This document shows, in pieces, positions 55,755 to 64,000 of a stretch of 64,000 nucleotides of DNA. Within the stretch, counting starts at the first letter, position 1, and every line of letters begins with the position of its first letter. Where the stretch lies: assembly GCA_016187565.1 (NCBI GenBank), contig JACPJR010000010.1:68596-132595 (forward strand). Reading direction: 5' to 3'. The notes under the pieces were generated by a model. It saw only the letters and a list, made by a program, of their open reading frames with translations, was not told the DNA's origin and ran no database searches. The translations under genes were made by a program, and so were the position numbers. This DNA is from Candidatus Woesearchaeota archaeon. Its GTDB lineage: Archaea > Nanobdellota > Nanobdellia > Woesearchaeales > JACPJR01.

Positions 55755-56327
55755 ATGAAGCCGGAAGAAAAGGTTTACAAGGCGTATTTTGAAAGTAAGA
55801 AAAGCACCCTTTACTTCAATGAAATAAAGGGGTTGTCAAAACTATCAGACAGCTCTTTAACAAACACGTTAAACAAGCTTACAAAAAACAACACTCTAAC
55901 CCAAGAAAAAACAAAATCAAACACGTTCTATAAAATAAAAGATAAAAAACTGTTTGCTTTAAAATTCTCAGAAATTGCAATACAAAAATTTAATGAGCTA
56001 AATATTGGAGTAAAAACACCGTTGAGAAACTTCTTAAGAGAAATTCCTAAAGAAGTCTATACCATTGTTCTTTTTGGATCTGCCTCAAGAAGAGAAGAAC
56101 AAAAAGAAAGCGATATTGACCTGCTAATAATCTCAAACAAAAAAATAGACTTAACCGAGAATAAAAAAGAGGCAGAAATAACTTCAAAACATCCAATTTC
56201 AATATTCCAAGCAACCATCAGCCAATTTACCGAAAACAAAGACGATATCGTCATTCAGGTAAGAAAAACAGGCTTTCCAATTTACAAAGAACAGAATTTT
56301 TACGAGGTAATGTTAGGTGAATATTGA
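55755..56327 (+). CDS. Minimal nucleotidyltransferase (MNT/MntA-like) with N-terminal wHTH; antitoxin-type partner of a HEPN protein
   Basis: LFGSASRREEQKESDIDLLII matches the GS-x(9-13)-D-x-D Pol-beta nucleotidyltransferase motif. The N-terminal 90 aa is helical and K-rich. Confidence 0.7.
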   Translation: MKPEEKVYKAYFESKKSTLYFNEIKGLSKLSDSSLTNTLNKLTKNNTLTQEKTKSNTFYKIKDKKLFALKFSEIAIQKFNELNIGVKTPLRNFLREIPKEVYTIVLFGSASRREEQKESDIDLLIISNKKIDLTENKKEAEITSKHPISIFQATISQFTENKDDIVIQVRKTGFPIYKEQNFYEVMLGEY

Positions 56328-56817
56328 AAGATTGTTTGATGATAAGAAGTATTTGGAAAATGAACTAAACTTTTTCATAAGAAAAAAGCATATCAAGAGA
56401 ATTCCAGAAAACAAAGAATTAGTAAATTCCCATCTCAAAAAAGCAAGGCATAATATAGAATTTTACAAATTAAACAAAGAGCATCATAAATTCAATGACT
56501 GGCTTATTGTAACTTTATACTATGCACTTTATCATTCAGCGTTGGCATTAATAACAAACAAAAGATTTTCCTCAAAAAATCATTATGCAACAATTCTCAT
56601 CCTCGTAAAAGAATACCCTCTAACAAAAGATGAAGCAAAATTGTTAAATGAATTATCCATAAATAAAGATGATGCAGAGCTTTACACTCAATTAAAAGAT
56701 GACAGGCACGATGCAAGTTATGCAACAAATATCAAATTCAACCAAAAAACAATAGATAACTATGAAAATAAAGTCCTAGATTTCATCAACAAAACAGAAG
56801 AATTGATACAAAGATGA
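56317..56817 (+). CDS. HEPN-domain protein (HepT-like toxin partner of the MNT)
   Basis: It overlaps the MNT stop, with a GTG start at 56317. The helical domain (WLIVTLYYALYHSALALITNK ... HYATI) fits the HEPN family pattern. The MNT-HEPN gene order is conserved. Confidence 0.65.
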   Translation: MNIERLFDDKKYLENELNFFIRKKHIKRIPENKELVNSHLKKARHNIEFYKLNKEHHKFNDWLIVTLYYALYHSALALITNKRFSSKNHYATILILVKEYPLTKDEAKLLNELSINKDDAELYTQLKDDRHDASYATNIKFNQKTIDNYENKVLDFINKTEELIQR

Positions 56818-56940
56818 AAAAACTCATTGCCGATAATGAAAGTTTCCATAAACTGCTTGTTGATGGGGTGAGTATTCCAATCTCAAAAGGCGGAGAAGAA
56901 AGGCACATTATAGTCAATCTATTTGATTATAATAACCTCG

Positions 56941-57219
56941 AAAATAATGGATCCATGACAATTGGTGAGACAGTGTCTCACTTTTTTGGTATTTCAGATA
57001 AAACAGCCTCATAGATATATCAGATTGCTTTTGCTAAACCCTTTCCCATACATCAGTTTCAAGTCTTTAGAAAGGTTTTCTAAGAGTGCTGAGAATTAAT
57101 CAGTGCAGAATAATAATTTTTTCTTTTCATAAACCCCACCGAATAAAGAAACACTTGCACATACTTATAAATATTCTGTTTACTGGCGGTGTATGGGAGC
57201 AAGGTAATTCTGTAATCCG
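56941..57219. repeat. Direct repeat B (~279 bp) flanking the MNT-HEPN cassette
   Basis: Matches 55376-55650. It is followed directly by the 30-bp palindromic repeat. Confidence 0.85.
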
Positions 57220-57435
57220 AACGTTCTAACGTTCAGAAATAGCAAAAAATGAACGTTTCGATCGAAACCTTTATAACTAAGAATAGGCTTTAACGGTTTG
57301 TGAACAGGGAAAGATTTCGATAATAGTTTCCCTCTACATTGTACATGGATGCCGCAGCAGTTAACGAGTACCTTGTTGATTTTCAGAAGAAGGGACTGAG
57401 AGGAGCAAAGGAAAAAAGATTCTCTCTGTTCCCCT

Positions 57436-60400
57436 TTGGAAATGGCTACTGACAAAAAAGTAACTTATTGGAAAAGAGGGTCCATGAAAGCACAAATAAC
57501 GATGTTTATGATCCTTGGTATTGTTATTCTGGCAGCCTTTGGTTTTGTCTTTTACGTGAATGAAATCATGTCTCAGATACGCTTGCAGCATAAGGTCGAC
57601 CAAATCATGGAAGATGTATTGGAGACAACAGCGCTTGATTATTATGTGACGATTTGTCTGGAGTCTGCAACTCAAGAAGCATTGGCAATTGCAAGCTTGC
57701 AGGGTGGGCGAATCTATGAAACACAAATCCCAGGAACAAAGCAGTTTCAAGGTCCACCTTCCTTGGCGTATGGTTCTTTTGTCCTTCCCTTGAACATGTC
57801 TCAAACAGTTTTTGGTGAGAACGCAACGCTGATCAATGTGAGTTATGGTATTGCCCGCCCTAATCTCACCGTTAGTCAATGGCATCCCGACGTGCCATAC
57901 TATCCTTATTTGCAAGACAGTTATACATTCCTCGTTGAGGATCCTCAAGCTTATGATACCCGATACAAAGATACCTTGGGTAACTTTAGACGACCAGAAC
58001 ATATCCTGCCAGCACTCTGTGACCGCTATGGTATGAATGCACTCCAGTCCTTCAATTATAGCGCTAATGGAACGAATTATACAGTTTGGGTTCGTTGCCG
58101 CGAGAGCTGGTTTGATACCGTCAATACCAGCGACCATTCCTCTATTCAGGAACAACTCCAATTTGCCATTGCGAATAAAACGCGAGCATGTGTTGACTTC
58201 CCTACCTTGTCAGCCTATTTTGGCCTAAACATCACTGAGGGAAACATTACCAGCAAGATTCTTTTCTCTGATGCTTATGTAGATTCTTACCTTGATTATC
58301 CCTTAGTGTTTTCAGTTGCAGGTCGTGAGCCCATCACAAAATTCTTGACTTTTGCCACTCGTCAGAATATTCGTTTTATGTATGTTTATGACACTGCTAT
58401 GCAGATCATTGAAGCAGATACCAACAATGTGTTCTTTGATATGGTTACTGATGCCTATTCATTAACTCGAGGAGGAAAACCTTATCTCCAAGAAGGCATG
58501 ACGGTTTTTAAAGAGGTTCAGCCCTGTAAGCGCTATGATCTCTGCCCACAAACAGGAAATTATTCTGACATCTATGTCATCCAGGATAACAACTCGCTTA
58601 TTGATGGAAGGCCTTTGCGCTTTCAGTTTGCCATTGAGAACAGAAAACCCGCGCTTAATTATATCACCTTTAGCAATTACTCAGGAGTGTATGATCTCAT
58701 TCTTCGCGAAAATGAAACTATTGTTATTGATCCCTATGCCTATGATCCTGATGAGGATTTTCACTCCCCGCTGTTTTTAGACCTCTTCAATAGGACATAT
58801 ATGCTTGATTATTATGTTTATCGGGGCTGGAAGGAAGACTATGATGAATGGTTTGATTTCTCCTGCTGCATTCCTCCGATTGGATCAGGAAGTGTTAATT
58901 GTACTGATGACACTCTTGCATCTCAGTGTGTTGTTCGTAATCTCAATGCACCACAACAATGGTCTACCTCTTCACTCTTCCAACAGACCAGCCGTTCTGC
59001 AAATTACAATCTTACCTTGAATGATACCGGTCCTCATGAGGTGAGCGTCTATGTCTTTGATGAAGAGAATGGGTCTTTTGATTATCAAGACATAACCATC
59101 TTGGTGATGGACACTGCACAGGCACGACCAAATGGGTCAAATGAGTATGATGACATCCCTGATAATTATGCCTCGATCGAAGATCGCTATATTCTCGATG
59201 CTACACGCTCCCTTGCCGTCTATAGTCCAACAACATGGTTCATGTGGTTTGATGAACAAGAGGCAACGTACCTCTATCAGGGTCCTGAGCCATTGGTTAC
59301 CATTCCTCAAGGAGCTACGATTCTGAATATGTCCTCGTATCCCTTTACTCGTCCTCTTCCAGGTATTGACACCAGTCCTCTTAATCACACTATTAATCTC
59401 TCGGTAAGCTCCTTGGGAAGCCCCTTTCATTCTGCCATCATGAATGTTTCGGTGTTTTATTGTTTACCTCATCGAACTGAAACAGCATCATTTCCGTACC
59501 ATAATCTTTCCCTTGCTTCCTATGTTGGGAGAAATTACAGCTCTTTAGATGACCCATTCCAAGCAAATCATGCCTGTTGTAGTGATGATGCGGTTATGTA
59601 TGGAAGTTATACGTTGGGAAACAGTTGCTTTACCTACGAGGAATACGGAAGTCATTATTCCTTTAACAATGATCTTTTCCTTGCCTCATCGTTGCCCGTG
59701 TCACCGTCGACGTATACGGTAACTTATTATGACTTGGCCGGTGGCCAAATTGCACAGGGGCCTATCACCCTCCCGATCATGCTGCTATACCCTTACGACA
59801 ATGACCTCTATCAACGATCATTTGAACGCAGCTGTGATGGTACTCGCGGTAATGTTTGTCAGGGAGCTGCAGACGAAAAACGGGAAAGTATTGCAGAATG
59901 TCCTGACAAACTAGAACCATGGTATGATGAACGTTGTTCTGGACCAGAAGAAGCCTATCGAAACACGGCAAGTGCAACGCCCTTAGCATGTACACAGTAT
60001 ATTACAGGAAAAACCTTTGAAAGCATCTTTCAAAATGGTCAGGGAAACTGCAGTCATGATCGTGTGTGTACGACTGGCTCTGGTGCGGGAAAGTACCATT
60101 ACAACACCCCTTCAGGTCGATTTTCTTGTGTTGGTCAATGTGGGAGCTCGGGAAACTGTGATTATGGAACAGCATGTTACTGCGATCAGAGTTGTGGAGC
60201 GAACTCGTACTGCAATCAGAAACAGCCAGGATATCGTATTGGCAGGTGTGACCAGGTAGGGCAGGTTTATTTTGAAGATAAATGCACGAATGATTGCCTG
60301 TTACAGGATACCACGCCTGTGTTTAAATGTACGGGCAGTTGTTCCTGCACTGAACCACAATGCGACGGTCATGTTGCAGGGGATGCGTTAGGGGTCTGTA

Positions 60401-60927
60401 ATCGTGCAGGAACAACCTGGTTTGAGGATCAGTGTACGAGTAATGCAGGAGCTACGGACATAACCACTATTTGTAAACTCAATGCAGCAACCTGTGATGA
60501 CAACAATGTTGCTGTTCGCGGTGTACGGATTGCTGATACTTTTTGCAATGGCCAAGCTCCGGGAGCGGTGTTTGGTTCAGGATCAAGGCTTGAGCAGGGA
60601 TGTGAATTTGATTGTACTGGCGTGAGTTGTACACCTTATGCCTTTGATCCATTAACCAAAACCTGTCATGACCGGTCAACTGCTACAGGTCTTCAGCATT
60701 GTGATGATGCCTTTGGTTGGGATCCGGAGAGCAATCGTTGCCTCTCCTGTACTAATAATAGAGAATCTGGTGGGGATGCCAGAAATCTTGGTACGTGTGA
60801 GGCAGATGCTGGAGAAGGGAACTGCAATGCAGATTCGCTTTGTGATGAGCTGTCTCCTGGGAATTCGTGTGGAACAGGCATGACCTGCCAGACAGACTGC
60901 CGTTGCCGGAGTGGGGCAGGAAAATAA
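57436..60927 (+). CDS. Giant (1163 aa) secreted Cys-rich surface protein
   Basis: An N-terminal TM/signal (MKAQITMFMILGIVILAAFGFVFYV). Dozens of N-x-S/T sequons. The C-terminal third is built of Cys-rich repeats (C-x-G-x-C, CDQSCG, CTGSCSC). Confidence 0.7.
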   Translation: MEMATDKKVTYWKRGSMKAQITMFMILGIVILAAFGFVFYVNEIMSQIRLQHKVDQIMEDVLETTALDYYVTICLESATQEALAIASLQGGRIYETQIPGTKQFQGPPSLAYGSFVLPLNMSQTVFGENATLINVSYGIARPNLTVSQWHPDVPYYPYLQDSYTFLVEDPQAYDTRYKDTLGNFRRPEHILPALCDRYGMNALQSFNYSANGTNYTVWVRCRESWFDTVNTSDHSSIQEQLQFAIANKTRACVDFPTLSAYFGLNITEGNITSKILFSDAYVDSYLDYPLVFSVAGREPITKFLTFATRQNIRFMYVYDTAMQIIEADTNNVFFDMVTDAYSLTRGGKPYLQEGMTVFKEVQPCKRYDLCPQTGNYSDIYVIQDNNSLIDGRPLRFQFAIENRKPALNYITFSNYSGVYDLILRENETIVIDPYAYDPDEDFHSPLFLDLFNRTYMLDYYVYRGWKEDYDEWFDFSCCIPPIGSGSVNCTDDTLASQCVVRNLNAPQQWSTSSLFQQTSRSANYNLTLNDTGPHEVSVYVFDEENGSFDYQDITILVMDTAQARPNGSNEYDDIPDNYASIEDRYILDATRSLAVYSPTTWFMWFDEQEATYLYQGPEPLVTIPQGATILNMSSYPFTRPLPGIDTSPLNHTINLSVSSLGSPFHSAIMNVSVFYCLPHRTETASFPYHNLSLASYVGRNYSSLDDPFQANHACCSDDAVMYGSYTLGNSCFTYEEYGSHYSFNNDLFLASSLPVSPSTYTVTYYDLAGGQIAQGPITLPIMLLYPYDNDLYQRSFERSCDGTRGNVCQGAADEKRESIAECPDKLEPWYDERCSGPEEAYRNTASATPLACTQYITGKTFESIFQNGQGNCSHDRVCTTGSGAGKYHYNTPSGRFSCVGQCGSSGNCDYGTACYCDQSCGANSYCNQKQPGYRIGRCDQVGQVYFEDKCTNDCLLQDTTPVFKCTGSCSCTEPQCDGHVAGDALGVCNRAGTTWFEDQCTSNAGATDITTICKLNAATCDDNNVAVRGVRIADTFCNGQAPGAVFGSGSRLEQGCEFDCTGVSCTPYAFDPLTKTCHDRSTATGLQHCDDAFGWDPESNRCLSCTNNRESGGDARNLGTCEADAGEGNCNADSLCDELSPGNSCGTGMTCQTDCRCRSGAGK

Positions 60928-61115
60928 GTTCTTGCTTTCTGCATTCTCTCCATGATTCATGACGTTCTTTCAACGATTTCTTACTCGGCTTATCGAAGAG
61001 AAAGAAGCAAAGATATATAAATAAGTGCTCATTTAGAGACCAGTATCTTTAGGGATCATCATCCTGCATTTTTCATGGATTTGCAGGAGAAAAAAGGGGT
61101 TATGCCATGCATGGT

Positions 61116-64000
61116 TTTAGAAAGTCATCTTTCCTTTTAGCAGTTACGGTACTTATCGTTGCTTCAAGCCTTTTTTTGTTGGATAGTTTTCTTCCTTTTT
61201 CTGCTGCTGATGAAACCGGTTGTTGTTCTGGGTTAAGTGTTCCTGGCACCTGTGTTGAAGAGTCTACTGAAGGAGAATGTACGAACAATGGTGGCCAGTT
61301 TTACCCAGGTTCATGTGATGACGTTCCTGATTGTGAACGAGGATGTTGTTGCCCCCCTGGAGAAGAATATCTCTGGCAGGAATACAGACTTTCTTGTGAG
61401 GGTGAGGGTGGGGAATTCAATACGACAATTCAATCAAGACGAGAATGTGAGAACTATTGTGAAGGTACCTATCCTTCTTGTGATCCAACCTGTGGTGTAA
61501 CAACAGAGACTTGTTGGTGTGGCGAAGAGCTTCTTGACTCAGGGAAGTTCTGTTGTCATGCGTACGGGAAAGCAGAGTCATACAGTAACCAGCCCGATTG
61601 TCAGGCAGACTGTCAGCCATCCCTTCCTTCCTGTACATACACTGCATGTCAGGGCAGTCAACAGGATTGTCTTTGTGGCTCTAACCAAACTGATGGTAGT
61701 AATCCCTGGTGTTGTATGGCTGATAATGCCGTTTTCTCTAATCAGGCAGATTGTTCTGCAAGTCCACGATGTAGCGGACTGTCCTACTGTAGTTACCAGC
61801 CTTCTGGCACGTGTTGCCCACCGGGATATGCATGTCCGGGAATTGCCTATGCAGGACCTTTTGTCGATTGTAGTGGAGAATGTTGTGATCAGCCATGTGC
61901 AGCAGTAGAAGAAATTGATTGTACGAATAATCTCAATGATGATCCAACCATGGATGCGTTTGTTGATTGTGCTGATCCTGATTGCAGCCAGGAGGACTGT
62001 ACTGGTTCATCCTCTCTAGGATGTAATTGGCAGAAGAATAATGGTCCAAGCCAGGTGTACTGTTGTGGTTCAGAAGCACGTGATTGCGATGGCAATGGTT
62101 ATAATGAAACCTGTGGTTCCTGTCCGGTAACCTGTTCAGATCTTAATGGAGATGAAGTGGGATGTCTCGCAACCAAAGCCTGTAGCTGGTGTCCTGCAGG
62201 AAGTTGTCTTGACCTTGGTGTGTGCGGAGCATGTTACGGTTATCCACGTGCTGTTGAGTACACCTGTAAACAGGAGTGTAGTGCTTATGATGAAACTGCT
62301 TGTACTACTCCGGAAAATGCCTGTTTCTGGTGCCCTAACGAAACAGTTAGCTCACCATGTGGTGATGACTGTGTTGCCTGTGCAGGATATCCTAATCTGA
62401 ATCCTAGTCTTCGTGAGTGTGTTCCCTACATTCCTGAAGGGTGTAGCCCACCTCCACGACCACAGATCATGTTATTGAGTTTTGTTGAAGAAAACCAACA
62501 ACGACAGGACCAAATCTTGGTGGAGTGGCAGACTGAATGTAGTGGTGAGTACAATGTCTACCGCTGTTTGCCCGGCATGGGGGAATGTAGCGATATTACA
62601 AACCTCGAAGAGTATAAAGCCTTACCGAACGGAAAACGGAATGCACTTCCACTAACAGAAACACCGTTTACCGATTCATTTACCCTTGCTCATACCGATC
62701 ACTGTTATATCGTTGAGGTAAATGTCTCTGGTCAGACGAATTGGTCAGAACCCTTGTGTATTAATTCTGGCGATCAAAGCTGTATAGATTACCCCAATCA
62801 ATGGTGTGATCGAGAAACCAATGCGGTAAAGGATTGTTGGATTACGGACAATACCAATACCACCTTTGAGGAATGTGGCGAAGGAGAGTACTGTATGGGT
62901 CCTTATACATCCTCTTATAATGAAGCAAAGTGTATTGCCAAAAGCCCTTGTGAGTTCTGCCAAGATCCCTTGGGAGTTTTTGCAGATTATGGAAGTAGTA
63001 CTGTTGGTGATAGTGAAGCGGCTTTGTGTTTAGAGGTTGACTATTGTTACTACGATACATCATTAACCACAGCAGATTACTTTCATAACTGTAGCCAGGT
63101 GAGCAGTTGTTATGATTACCAGTCAGCCTTTAGCTGTTTACAGAATAAATGTATTCCCTCGCAGGCATGCCAATGGGAACCTGGAGAAAATCCTCCCTCG
63201 TTGTTGTATCCAGCCTATCTTGAGTTAGGCGTTGGTGTTTGTAAGCCTGCAGATACAGCGCAAACAGACTGTGAGCAATGTTATGATCCAGTCAATAATG
63301 TGTACGGTGCCTGTACCAATGTCTCGTGCATCCTCCAGGGAGACTACACGTCGCTTGATGACACTCAGTGTCTTCCTCTGGATTTCAATCATAATGGTAT
63401 TATTCAAAATTTGGATCCAAAGGAGTTGGATCTCTGTAAAGCCCGTGTGGATGTTGTTTGCCGTGATTATCAAAGCAACGAAACCTGTGAGGGTTTGTAT
63501 CCTAACAATAAATCTGTTGCTGTGGATACTGGCCTTTTAGGGGATAACCACCTACTCCAACAGAGCAATGATGTTGTTGGTATTGGATTGTGTCGTTGGT
63601 ATTCCACCTCTGAAACAGGGCGCTGTTTTAAAGACGCGGATGGTGACACCAGTGATGATAACATAAACAATAACTATGACCATGATTTTACTCCCCCGGT
63701 TACCCAAATTATCCCTGATGGCATGGTTGATGGCGCTGTCGCAAGGATCAATTTTAGTGTCAATGCCTATGATGTGATTGATGGCGTTGTTTGTCAACCT
63801 GATTATCCGAGTTCTACAGAAACCCGATGTAGTGGTATACAAGAAACAAAGTATTTCTTCAATGAAACAGAGCCGAGTGATTATAAGAATCCCCTTGTTG
63901 CAAGAGATTTTGTACTAAACAACGAGATTGATGAAGAATGTGGGGGATCAGGACTACGAAGGTTGTTTATTGCTTCTCGTGATAAGAGTAATAATCTCGA
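61116..64000 (+). CDS. Giant secreted Cys-rich surface protein, 3'-truncated by the window end (at least 961 aa)
   Basis: This is absent from the supplied ORF track because it has no stop. I translated frame 0 from ATG 61116 (MHGFRKSSFLLAVTVLIVASSLFLLDSF...) and it is open to nt 64000. It has a signal peptide and is extremely Cys-rich (CC, CxxC and CxC motifs throughout). Confidence 0.65.

Noticed and set aside
57361-58161. 266-aa ORF on the minus strand
   Set aside because: It is fully antisense to the 5' part of the 1163-aa surface-protein gene, which has a signal peptide, sequons and coherent domain structure. The antisense frame is open only because of codon bias.

Overview
The window is 64 kb of low-GC DNA that looks archaeal, probably from a DPANN-like lineage. 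This call rests on the gene content: replication factor C small subunit, Pelota, an AEP-type primase, RadB, archaeal-type glycyl-tRNA synthetase, TruD/Pus7, and a tRNA with an A1:U72 pair and an apparent non-canonical intron. There are very large Cys-rich, N-glycosylation-sequon-rich secreted proteins and GGAGG-type ribosome-binding sites. Coding density is high. Housekeeping genes include adk, glyS, rfcS, pelA, truD, radB, primase, htpX and a fused asparagine-synthase/Dph6-like enzyme. Accessory content includes: (i) a minus-strand SIR2-like / Zn-ribbon / Schlafen(AlbA_2)-ATPase-wHTH module; (ii) a minus-strand five-gene block of secreted and membrane proteins that includes a giant protein with a lytic-transglycosylase-like domain; (iii) a glycosylation cluster (Dpm1-like, two processive GT2, two GT-C-like, a thioredoxin pair); (iv) four giant surface proteins; and (v) an MNT-HEPN toxin-antitoxin cassette bracketed by 275-bp direct repeats. 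Structural features not explained by genes are a near-perfect ~98-bp inverted repeat pair 21.2 kb apart (14563-14660 and 35850-35947), a ~70-bp hairpin element present twice (32.8 kb and 47.4 kb), and a ~350-bp GC-rich, palindrome-dense intergenic element (47285-47640) that may be a structured RNA. No CRISPR array or rRNA is present. All calls are from reading the sequence and six-frame translations; no database search was possible.
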